From positions 1 through 37,849 of IMG/VR virus record IMGVR_UViG_3300031519_007812: DNA of 37,849 bases; one strand, 5' to 3'. The DNA is from a virus. Taxonomy: Duplodnaviria; Caudoviricetes. Within the stretch, counting starts at the first letter, position 1; the number at the start of each line of letters is the position of its first letter. The translations under genes and the position numbers were made by a program. Below are positions 17,602 to 25,967 of the stretch, piece after piece. The notes under the pieces are model-generated. The model did not search any database and was not told where the DNA came from. It saw nothing but the letters and a program-made list of their open reading frames with translations.

Positions 17602-17999
17602 GCATTTTAATTGAGTGGTTTAAAGATAATGATTATTTCGACTTAGAATATAATTATAATAGCGTTGTAAGAGGGAAAAATCTACACAAAGATGCAAAAT
17701 TAGTTAGATCATCGCTTTTAGCTGCCCTAGAGAATATAGAGGAAGCTGGAATTGTCAAGTCTACTGTTCCAGCTACAAATTATCAAAAAATTTGGGTTCT
17801 CCAAAAAAAGCTTTGTGATCTTGACCAGACGGTTAAACTTTCTGGCAATATTTGTCGTGGAATCTACGATTTTCTGAGTGAATGTGCAAAAAATTTAGAC
17901 ATGGACTGCACTACAGACCCTTTGAATATCTCACAGGAAGACGTTGAGTCTCTGTTGTGGGCTTTGAATCTTCTGAAAGAGGATAAAAAAAATGATTGA
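17580..17999 (+). CDS. Hypothetical protein
   Basis: 139-aa ORF, the first gene of the plus-strand block. Confidence 0.7.
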   Translation: MTVQEASCILIEWFKDNDYFDLEYNYNSVVRGKNLHKDAKLVRSSLLAALENIEEAGIVKSTVPATNYQKIWVLQKKLCDLDQTVKLSGNICRGIYDFLSECAKNLDMDCTTDPLNISQEDVESLLWALNLLKEDKKND

Positions 18000-18024
18000 C
18001 AAAATCAAAATTACCAACCATAAA
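17996..18024 (+). promoter_or_regulatory. Putative promoter for the structured RNA
   Basis: Perfect TTGACA overlapping the upstream stop, then 17 nt, then CATAAA(T), which is a weak -10. Confidence 0.5.
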
Positions 18025-18029
18025 TACAA

Positions 18030-18450
18030 ACAGCCACCTGAGAAATCAGGCGTGATGAGCTACGGAGACCTGAAAAATCGGCCCGACTCCTTGGCGGGAG
18101 ACGCATGAATTTAGCTCTACAAATAAAAAATCGTATGGTATTGGGCAAACTGTAACTCGGACCATACGGCCAATCTGAGAGTAATTTTAGAAAGGTGTCC
18201 CAGACAAGCGTGAGAATGTTTTTCTACTAAGGGAAGGGAATTGATCCTTCTTAGCGAACGGGACAGAGACTTGGGTTCCTGAACGGTATCAGGATGAGGT
18301 AGGCGTAAGTTTTAGACGCACACCAAAAAGACCTTGTAGCGAAAGCTAGGTGTCAAACTCACAGGATAGAGTTAAGAGTACACTTTCTTCTAGTGCCATA
18401 ATTAGTTTTTTTAAACGTTATGAGCATTAGGAGAGGTGTATCCTCAAGGA
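18030..18450 (+). ncRNA. Candidate large structured ncRNA of unknown family
   Basis: The region is ORF-free and more GC-rich than its flanks. It forms many helices, two of them closed by GAAA tetraloops, and G-U pairs favour the plus strand. Confidence 0.7.
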
Positions 18451-18511
18451 TAGAATCAAGGCTTAGGGAGTTTATGGTTTACTTTATGAAGTTGCTGAGT
18501 ATATTAAGTTT

Positions 18512-19105
18512 ATGAAATTTATAGGTATTTGTGGTTATGCTAACTCAGGTAAAGATCTTCTTTGTAGTGTTTTGGAAGATTACTACAGTGGCGCAAGAGT
18601 TGCTTTGGGAGACTTCTTAAAACAACAATGTAAATCTGAGTGTATTAAAAAATTTGGAATCGATCCTACTGATTGTTCAAGAGAGGATAAAGATAAAGTA
18701 AGAGACTTTCTTGTTTCTTATGCAGAATCTTTAAGGACAATAAGTTCTGGTACCCACTTTACAAGCCTAGCAGACAACTGTATTAAAAACTTAAGTAAAT
18801 ATTACGATGTTTTTATTATTCCAGACATTAGGTTCGACTATTATCCCAAAGATGAAGCTAATTGGCTTTTATCGAAACCTAAATCTATTTTGATTCATAT
18901 TGAAAGAGAAGGAGTTTCTGCGCCAAACCACACTGAAAAAATAAACACGCCTAAAGTTGTTAAAAAGGCACACTTGAATGTAATGCCCCCTAATTTCGTT
19001 GATGAAAAAAACAAGAATAAAGATTTTTTAGATTTTTTAATTTCTTCTGGCACTATAGACACTATTAATGAAAGACTTAGAATTAGCTCAACAAGTGAAA
19101 AATGA
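18512..19105 (+). CDS. Deoxynucleoside monophosphate kinase
   Basis: IGICGYANSGKD P-loop and IIPDIRF..E. Confidence 0.8.
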   Translation: MKFIGICGYANSGKDLLCSVLEDYYSGARVALGDFLKQQCKSECIKKFGIDPTDCSREDKDKVRDFLVSYAESLRTISSGTHFTSLADNCIKNLSKYYDVFIIPDIRFDYYPKDEANWLLSKPKSILIHIEREGVSAPNHTEKINTPKVVKKAHLNVMPPNFVDEKNKNKDFLDFLISSGTIDTINERLRISSTSEK

Positions 19106-19628
19106 TGAAGATCAGGCTGCTCTTCAGGAACTGATTGAAAAGCACCAAGGAATTTTTTACACAATTGTTCACAAGTATTCTACGGTTTTCAAACAGTCAG
19201 GAGTTTATAAGAATGATATTCTTGACGATAGAGATTACATTATTTATAAAACCGCCAAGTCTTTTCAATCTGACAAAAACGCTAAATTTTCAACTTGGTT
19301 AGGCAACTGTACAAGATACGAATGCTTGAATAGAATTTCACAGAAAGCCAAATACGTTTACTCCGAAGAACTCGGAAACCAAAAACCTTGCGCCACAATA
19401 CAGGAATCCGACTCTTGCAATGAAGAAAAGGTCCGATTCTACTTCGATGAAGTAAAAAAGCTCAGTGACGAAAGGATGTTAAAAATTTTTAAATTAAGGT
19501 ACTTGAACGGGACAAGAAAAGTCATGCCTTGGAATCAAATAGGCAAAAAATTAAAAATCTCTACACAAACCGCACTGAATATTCACAACAAAGCAATTGA
19601 AAGAATAAAAAGTAAAACTTTTGTTTGA
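19068..19628 (+). CDS. RNA polymerase sigma-70 family factor (regions 2 and 4)
   Basis: ALQELIEKH, KFSTWLGN..RY and IFKLRY...W.QIGKKLKISTQ...H.KA. Confidence 0.8.
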   Translation: MKDLELAQQVKNDEDQAALQELIEKHQGIFYTIVHKYSTVFKQSGVYKNDILDDRDYIIYKTAKSFQSDKNAKFSTWLGNCTRYECLNRISQKAKYVYSEELGNQKPCATIQESDSCNEEKVRFYFDEVKKLSDERMLKIFKLRYLNGTRKVMPWNQIGKKLKISTQTALNIHNKAIERIKSKTFV

Positions 19629-19653
19629 CAAATACGAAAACCAAAAGTATCTT
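19625..19653 (+). promoter_or_regulatory. sigma70-type promoter, leaderless geometry
   Basis: TTGACA-17nt-TATCTT, ending 6 nt before the ATG at 19660. Confidence 0.75.
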
Positions 19654-19659
19654 AATCGA

Positions 19660-19998
19660 ATGAGTGAACCCTCTCAAAAAGAAAAAATGGTAGAAATCGC
19701 AGCTTTTTGGCGACGAACTTCTAAAAACGGCAAGAGATATCTTGCAGGAACAATGAAGACCGAAGATATTCCTGAAACTTTTGGTGAAAAAGTGAAGGTA
19801 ATTATGTTCGACAACAAGTCCAAGGAAAAGGAAAACCAACCAGACTTTTATCTTTATCTGTCCAACAACAACCAGCTCCAAGCAGCAAAAGTCGCTGGAG
19901 ATTCCCTCAGTGAAGAAGAGGGTCAAAATACAGAACAGAGTCAGGATAGAGAGACTGCAACTTCTAATCACTCTCAAAGCTCAGAAGACATTCTATGA
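19660..19998 (+). CDS. DUF736-like protein with acidic tail, possibly ssDNA-binding
   Basis: EIAAFWRRTSKNGKRYLAG...NK.K..NQPDF and a disordered acidic C-terminus. Confidence 0.6.
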   Translation: MSEPSQKEKMVEIAAFWRRTSKNGKRYLAGTMKTEDIPETFGEKVKVIMFDNKSKEKENQPDFYLYLSNNNQLQAAKVAGDSLSEEEGQNTEQSQDRETATSNHSQSSEDIL

Positions 19999-21077
19999 GT
20001 CTAACCCTCAATGTTCCCGTTAACAGTGTCTCATTTGGGCAGCTATCAACTGCCCTCTTGAGGCATTGTTACTCTAACAATATCGACGTTAATCTTTTTC
20101 CTATTGGAAATGTCGATGTTTCTACTCAAGAGCCGGATGAAGGATTCAATAAATTCTTAAAGAATAGTATTGATTCTGCTCATGAAACTCATGACAGGCA
20201 ATGTCCAGCTTTCAAGCTTTGGCACCTCAATGGTTCTTATGAGTCTGTTTCTGAGAAACAGGTTCTTCTGTCTTTTTATGAGCTTGACCAGCCAACAAAA
20301 TTTGAACTTAATGTAGCTCGAAACAATCATACTCTTTTTTCTTGTGAAGAAACTTGTGAGCTTTTTAATTCCAAGGGGGTAGGAACAGATTATCTTCCTT
20401 TGTTTTTCGATTCTCATAATTTTAAAAAGACAGACAAGCAATATTTTACTGATGGCAGAATTGTTTTCAACTTGGCTGGCAAGTTTGAAAAAAGAAAGCA
20501 TCACGAAAAAGTCATTCGTGCTTGGGTCAAGAAGTTTGGAAATGACCGTAGATATGTATTGCAAACCAGCGTATTTAATCCGTTTCTTTCTCAAGAGCAA
20601 AATGAAACTGTTCTCAAGAACGCTTTAGACAACAAGCCTTACTTTAATTTAAATGCTATGGGTTATATGCAGAAGAATAGCATTTATAATGACTATTTAA
20701 ATTCTGCCTCTATCATAATTGGTATGAGCGGTGGCGAAGGATGGGGTCTGCCAGAGTTCCAAAGCGTTTGTATGGGCAAGCATTCCGTTGTCCTAAACGC
20801 TTCTGCTTACAAGCAGTGGGCTAACGCAGAAAATAGCGTTTTGGTTGAACCTAGCGGTAAAATTCCAGCTTATGATGGCCATTTCTTTAAAGAAGGAGCA
20901 GATCAAAATCAAGGATCTATTTATGACTTTGATGAAGATGCTTTTATTGCTGGATGCGAGGAAGCTATCAAAAGAGTTGAGTCAAATCCAACCAACGAAG
21001 CCGGAATGAAGCTTCAGCAGAAATTTACTGTTGAAAAAACATTCAATAAAATTCAAGAGTATTTGAAAAATGCCTGA
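19995..21077 (+). CDS. GT4-family (GT-B) glycosyltransferase
   Basis: GKFEKRK and the SGGEGWGLPEFQ E-x7 motif. Confidence 0.85.
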   Translation: MSLTLNVPVNSVSFGQLSTALLRHCYSNNIDVNLFPIGNVDVSTQEPDEGFNKFLKNSIDSAHETHDRQCPAFKLWHLNGSYESVSEKQVLLSFYELDQPTKFELNVARNNHTLFSCEETCELFNSKGVGTDYLPLFFDSHNFKKTDKQYFTDGRIVFNLAGKFEKRKHHEKVIRAWVKKFGNDRRYVLQTSVFNPFLSQEQNETVLKNALDNKPYFNLNAMGYMQKNSIYNDYLNSASIIIGMSGGEGWGLPEFQSVCMGKHSVVLNASAYKQWANAENSVLVEPSGKIPAYDGHFFKEGADQNQGSIYDFDEDAFIAGCEEAIKRVESNPTNEAGMKLQQKFTVEKTFNKIQEYLKNA

Positions 21078-21405
21078 GTATCTTTTTAGAAACCCAGAAA
21101 CTGATGAATATATTAGCGTTATCCAAGGCGTTAATGAAGATCATTCTTATTCTGAAAATGGAGTACAGTTTGAAAGGATTTTTACTGTACCAAACGCTTC
21201 TATCGGTTCAAAGCAGGATGGAAGCTATGAATCATTTAAAAAGGCTACTACAAATAAAAAAATTACTTTAGGAGATGCTTGGAGCATATCCAGAGAATCT
21301 TCAGAGAAAAGGCAGCAAGACCAAGGCAGAGACAAAGTTAAAAAGTCCTACTTTGAAGACTACTCCAAAGACAGACAAAATAAAAAGCACATCAAAGACA
21401 AGTAG
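21070..21405 (+). CDS. FmdB-like protein lacking the zinc-ligand cysteines
   Basis: MPEYLF..P start and FERIFTVP. Confidence 0.5.
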   Translation: MPEYLFRNPETDEYISVIQGVNEDHSYSENGVQFERIFTVPNASIGSKQDGSYESFKKATTNKKITLGDAWSISRESSEKRQQDQGRDKVKKSYFEDYSKDRQNKKHIKDK

Positions 21406-21485
21406 TTGTGCAGCTTAAAACAAGGTTTGATAATTCTTGGGATAACCGCATTCGTGGCTCTCTTAGAAAGCCAAAAAGCAATAAC

Positions 21486-21514
21486 TTGACACTCCTATTC
21501 TTTTAGCGTAATAT
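21486..21514 (+). promoter_or_regulatory. sigma70-type promoter for nrdJ, leaderless geometry
   Basis: TTGACA-17nt-TAATAT, ending 8 nt before the ATG at 21523. Confidence 0.75.
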
Positions 21515-21522
21515 ACAACGGC

Positions 21523-23487
21523 ATGAGCGAAACTATTTCTAATGAATTTATTAAAGGTTATCAAGGCAAGCACCCTAATTGGGGTTTCAATGGTTTAGGC
21601 TACATTGTATACAAAAGAACTTATTCTAGATTAAAAGAGGACGGTAAAACTGAGGAATGGCCTGAGACAATTCAAAGATGTATCAACGGCGCACAACAAA
21701 TTGGAGCCAATTACACAAAAGAAGAAGCTGAAAAGCTTTTTGACTTGATTTTCAACCTCAAGTGCAACTTCGCCGGAAGAATGCTTTGGCAGCTTGGCAC
21801 GCCGACTGTCGAACGTTTCGGGGCAAATTCACTACTCAATTGTTGGTTCACTCAAATGAACGAGCCAAAGTCCTTCACATTCTTGTTTGAGAATCTTATG
21901 CTTGGTGGAGGTGTTGGATTTAGCGTTCGTCGTGAGGACGTCCACGAACTTCCAAGAATTAAAACTGGTGTGAACATTTGGCATGATGAAAACCCAGAAG
22001 GAGTAGCAACAAGAGATGCAGATTTTATTGTGCCTGATTCCCGTGAAGGATGGGTGCAATTACTCGGCAAAGTTTTAAAAGCTTTCTTCTCTACAGGTAA
22101 AAGTTTTTCTTATTCTAGCGTTCTTATTCGTGGTGCTGGCGAATTGATTAGAGGATTTGGCGGTACTGCTTCTGGACCTTATATTTTGATCAATGGAATC
22201 ACTAAAATTTGCGAAGTACTCAAATCCCGTGAAGGTAAAAAGCTTCGTTCAATTGATGTTCTTGATATCAATAATGTCATTGGAAGTATTGTAGTTGCTG
22301 GTAATGTTCGCCGTTCTGCTGAAATTGCTATTGGAGATCCTGACGACTTCCTTTTTCTAAGAGCCAAGCGATGGGATCTTGGAGGCATCCCAAACCATCG
22401 TGCAATGTCCAACAACACTATCTACTGCGATAGCTATGAACACACCTCAGACGCCCTCTGGGAAGGCTACAATGGCAATGGAGAGCCTTATGGTCTATTC
22501 AACTTGCCCTTGTCTGAGAAGTATGGCAGGAAGCGAGACGGGGTAATGAAGAAAAGCGACCTTTATCCAGAAAACAAGGATAATGTCGTTGGAACAAATC
22601 CATGCGGTGAAATCAGTCTTGGAAACTACGAATGTTGCAACCTTAGCGAATTGTATCTAAACAATATTGAGTCTAAAGAAGAAATGTTTGAATGCGCCAA
22701 ACTACTTTACAAGACTCAAAAGGCTATTTGCGCTCTTCCATTCATTCACGAAGAGACAAATAAAATTGTTCACAAAAATATGCGAATCGGTCTTGGAGTG
22801 ACCGGAATTTGCCAAAGTAAGGGCAAATTGGATTGGCTAGATTATACCTACACAAAACTTCGCGCATTTGACAAGGACTATTCAAAGAAAAATGGATACA
22901 ATCAATCCATCAAGCTAACCACCGTAAAACCAAGCGGAACATTGAGTCTTCTTGCTGGATCTACTCCCGGTGTGCATCCAGCTTTTTCTCATTACTTTAT
23001 TCGTCGTATCCGCATGGCTGCTAGCGACTCTCTCGTAGTCACTTGCAGAGACCTTGGATATCACACAGAGTTCGCCAAGAACTTTGATGGAACCGAAAAT
23101 CATGACACTTTTGTTGTTGAGTTTCCGTGTGAGTTTGACGAAAAGGCGGTTGTAGCAAAGGACATGAGTGCCATTGATCAGCTTGAGCTTATAAAAGTCC
23201 TTCAGTCAGATTGGGCCGACAATGCTGTATCATGCACCGTCTACTATAAAAACGAAGAACTTTTAGAAATCAAACAGTGGCTTTCTAAAAATTACAAGAA
23301 CAATATCAAGAGTGTTTCTTTTCTTCTTCATTCTGATCATGGATTCGTTCAAGCTCCTTATGAAGAAATCGACCAAGATCAATATGAAAAAATAATAAAG
23401 AGGGTCAGGCCAATTAAATCTATTCAAACTTCAAACGAAATGATTGAAGGAATTGAGTGTGAAGGTGGAGCATGTCCGATCAGGTAA
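21523..23487 (+). CDS. nrdJ: Class II (adenosylcobalamin-dependent) ribonucleotide reductase, monomeric RTPR type
   Basis: VYKRTYSR, SLLNC, GGGVG, DSREGW, VAGNVRRSA, TNPCGEI, TTVKPSGT and C-terminal CEGGACPIR. Confidence 0.95.
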   Translation: MSETISNEFIKGYQGKHPNWGFNGLGYIVYKRTYSRLKEDGKTEEWPETIQRCINGAQQIGANYTKEEAEKLFDLIFNLKCNFAGRMLWQLGTPTVERFGANSLLNCWFTQMNEPKSFTFLFENLMLGGGVGFSVRREDVHELPRIKTGVNIWHDENPEGVATRDADFIVPDSREGWVQLLGKVLKAFFSTGKSFSYSSVLIRGAGELIRGFGGTASGPYILINGITKICEVLKSREGKKLRSIDVLDINNVIGSIVVAGNVRRSAEIAIGDPDDFLFLRAKRWDLGGIPNHRAMSNNTIYCDSYEHTSDALWEGYNGNGEPYGLFNLPLSEKYGRKRDGVMKKSDLYPENKDNVVGTNPCGEISLGNYECCNLSELYLNNIESKEEMFECAKLLYKTQKAICALPFIHEETNKIVHKNMRIGLGVTGICQSKGKLDWLDYTYTKLRAFDKDYSKKNGYNQSIKLTTVKPSGTLSLLAGSTPGVHPAFSHYFIRRIRMAASDSLVVTCRDLGYHTEFAKNFDGTENHDTFVVEFPCEFDEKAVVAKDMSAIDQLELIKVLQSDWADNAVSCTVYYKNEELLEIKQWLSKNYKNNIKSVSFLLHSDHGFVQAPYEEIDQDQYEKIIKRVRPIKSIQTSNEMIEGIECEGGACPIR

Positions 23488-24275
23488 TCACAAAAGAAGA
23501 TATCTCAATTGTCATACAGGGGCCAATTGAGGAAGGAACTGATGAAGCATTAAATTCTTTTGAAGGGTTTTCTGATATAGTTTTGTCTACTTGGGAAAAT
23601 GAAGACCTTTCTCTTTTGAAAGATGTTAAAGTAGACTATAGGTTAGTTACTTCAAAATATCAAGATTGTGGCGATACATTTCTAGAGAGACTTAACAAAG
23701 CTACTGGAAAGCCATACTGTTACTGGATGTATCAGACTAACTATAATGGAGTTGCTAACGCTAAAAATAAATTCTCTTTAAAATGTAGAACAGACGAACT
23801 TTATCCTGATCTTTCTATTTTTCTGGACAACTTTTTTAAATACCCAGAAAGGATTCATACAACCAACAACGGTTTTTGGAAGCATATCCCAGCTATGCTT
23901 TCTAACCATTTTTTCTTGGGAGAAACAGAAAAATTAAAAAACTGCTTTTCTAATATAAAAAAGTTCCTTTCCAAAGAATCCTTTACAGAAAAAAAGTTTG
24001 ATAATCTTTTATATTCAGAGCAGATATTTGGATACTTTTACATGCTCGAAAACTCACTCGATATTTTAGATACTGACTGGATTGATGCTTTTAAAAAGAA
24101 TGTATTCATAACCCCAATGTCAGATCTTCCAAATCACCTACATTCAGGAGCAAGCGATACTTCAAGTCAAGTAAAAAGAGTCGCAAATTTTCCAAATGGT
24201 AGACCAGATATGGAGCCAGTTTCCAGAACCATGTTTAATGATATAAATGAAATACCTTGGAGATATCAATTATAA
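23472..24275 (+). CDS. WavE-like polysaccharide synthesis protein
   Basis: EDISIVIQGP, IVLSTW, QT..GV and K.RTD. Confidence 0.65.
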   Translation: MSDQVITKEDISIVIQGPIEEGTDEALNSFEGFSDIVLSTWENEDLSLLKDVKVDYRLVTSKYQDCGDTFLERLNKATGKPYCYWMYQTNYNGVANAKNKFSLKCRTDELYPDLSIFLDNFFKYPERIHTTNNGFWKHIPAMLSNHFFLGETEKLKNCFSNIKKFLSKESFTEKKFDNLLYSEQIFGYFYMLENSLDILDTDWIDAFKKNVFITPMSDLPNHLHSGASDTSSQVKRVANFPNGRPDMEPVSRTMFNDINEIPWRYQL

Positions 24276-24981
24276 TAAGCTTTTTGTAGTTGGCCCATCT
24301 TTTGATCTTCAGCTTCTTGACTTGGAGACACTTCAAGCAAAAAGAAGTCACGGCTATAAAATATTTTCGTACGGAGACTCAATAAAAAGATTCTTCGAAC
24401 TCGATTTTGAGCCAGACTACTGGACTTTTGTAGACCCAAACACTGTATTCCACTTTCAAGACGAAATAAGGTCTGGCAAATTTAATAATATAGAATTGCT
24501 TGTTCCAGATCTTTACAGTGATAATTGTAAAAATTTTTATAATTGCGGTTATAGCTCTATAAATTTAGAAAGAAATAAAAATTTGTTTTTTGAATTAGAG
24601 CAAGGCTTCGATCAAGCTTTTAGAAAATACACCAAATTAGATTTTGAACCAATAAAAGGAATTGGAGATAAAACTAACTATAAACAAAAGCTTTACGTCC
24701 ACCTAAGAAAAGACCTTATAGATTTTTTGAATCCTTGTAAATTTTCGTACAATTTACTTCCTTTGATTTTCTTTGTATTCAAAGACTATAAAAAATTTAA
24801 ATTTTTAGCGTTTGGTCAGTACAATCTTCCAAGGTATTTTAATAAATCTTCTGGCGATTACATTTTTTATGCAAAATGCTACGAACAAATCAAGCCTAAG
24901 TTTATCAACTACATTAAAGACAACCAATTAAACTTGACATTTGTAGGTAGCGAAAGCTATTTTAAAGAACTAGAAGCATGA
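24247..24981 (+). CDS. Putative Maf/DUF115- or GT42-like nonulosonate transferase
   Basis: LFVVGPS and FEPDYWTFVD resemble the GPS and PD..VD motifs of those families. It lies immediately upstream of pseB. Confidence 0.5.
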   Translation: MKYLGDINYNKLFVVGPSFDLQLLDLETLQAKRSHGYKIFSYGDSIKRFFELDFEPDYWTFVDPNTVFHFQDEIRSGKFNNIELLVPDLYSDNCKNFYNCGYSSINLERNKNLFFELEQGFDQAFRKYTKLDFEPIKGIGDKTNYKQKLYVHLRKDLIDFLNPCKFSYNLLPLIFFVFKDYKKFKFLAFGQYNLPRYFNKSSGDYIFYAKCYEQIKPKFINYIKDNQLNLTFVGSESYFKELEA

Positions 24982-25967
24982 CACCATTACATCTCTCAAA
25001 AAAGAAAGTTCTAATTACGGGCGGCACAGGCTCACTTGGTAAAAGCTTGGTAAACAGGCTAAAGCGTTATGGAGCTTTTCCTATAGTTTACAGTAGAGAC
25101 GAAGGCAAGCAAGCATTGTCTTTCGGTCAAGACGAAGCTGTAAAAACCGTTATTGGAGATGTCCGCGATTTTGAAAAGTTAAACGTTACCCTCAAAAGAC
25201 ACAAGCCAGACTACATTATTCACGCAGCAGCACTCAAAAGAATTGATGACATGGAGTTTTATCCAGACGAGTGCATCAAGACCAATATAAACGGATCTGA
25301 AAATGTAGCCAGAGCAGCACTTCAAAACGATATCAAGAAGTGTATCTTGGTTTCTACAGACAAAGCTTGCCAACCAGTAAACGTATACGGATCTTCAAAG
25401 TTCATAGCCGAAAGAATTTTTACTAACTATGATTACAATTCAGATTCAACAATTTTTTCTTCTGTAAGATACGGCAATGTCATTGCTTCAAGAGGATCTT
25501 TCATACCACTGTTTATGGAGAAGATCGAGAAAGGTGAGACAATTAAAATCACTTCAAATGAAATGACTCGCTTTTTGTTTACTCTAGAAGATGCCGTAGA
25601 CTCTGTTTTAAGAGCTTTGGAAAACTCAACTGGTGGAGAAGTATTTGTTCCACAGATAAACTCTTATACTCTTCCTTGTTGCGTTTCTGCTATATCAAAA
25701 TTGGCTGAGATAAGTGCAAAAACTGAAGAAGTCGGACTAAGGCCGGGAGAAAAGCTACATGAAGATATGCTTGCAGAAACTGAACTTCCATTCACCTATA
25801 AAGTAGACGACATAAACTTGCTTCAAGTAAGGCCTCAGTACACAAATAAATCCTATCAAGACTTCAAAAAATACGATGGTCCGCATTTTAACTCAAAGCT
25901 TTGGGTTAAAGATGATGTTGATCATTTGATGGGTCTAATTAAAAGAGGGTCTGAGGGACGCTTGTGA
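24978..25967 (+). CDS. pseB: UDP-GlcNAc 4,6-dehydratase (PseB/FlaA1/CapD family)
   Basis: GGTGSLG, SRDEGKQ, GDVRD, HAAALK, STDKA..P.N.YG.SK, VRYGNV..SRGS and RPGEKLHE. Confidence 0.85.
   Translation: MTPLHLSKKKVLITGGTGSLGKSLVNRLKRYGAFPIVYSRDEGKQALSFGQDEAVKTVIGDVRDFEKLNVTLKRHKPDYIIHAAALKRIDDMEFYPDECIKTNINGSENVARAALQNDIKKCILVSTDKACQPVNVYGSSKFIAERIFTNYDYNSDSTIFSSVRYGNVIASRGSFIPLFMEKIEKGETIKITSNEMTRFLFTLEDAVDSVLRALENSTGGEVFVPQINSYTLPCCVSAISKLAEISAKTEEVGLRPGEKLHEDMLAETELPFTYKVDDINLLQVRPQYTNKSYQDFKKYDGPHFNSKLWVKDDVDHLMGLIKRGSEGRL

Noticed and set aside
18030-18450. Identity as a cobalamin or c-di-GMP riboswitch, RNase P RNA, tmRNA, 6S RNA or a group I/II intron
   Set aside because: GCAAACTGTAA and AAGGGAA occur in the wrong order for a cobalamin riboswitch, and GGGCAAAC lacks the downstream c-di-GMP-I elements. 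There is no GAGGAAAGUC P4 strand, no tRNA-like ends, no single long 6S-type duplex, no domain V and no interrupted gene.
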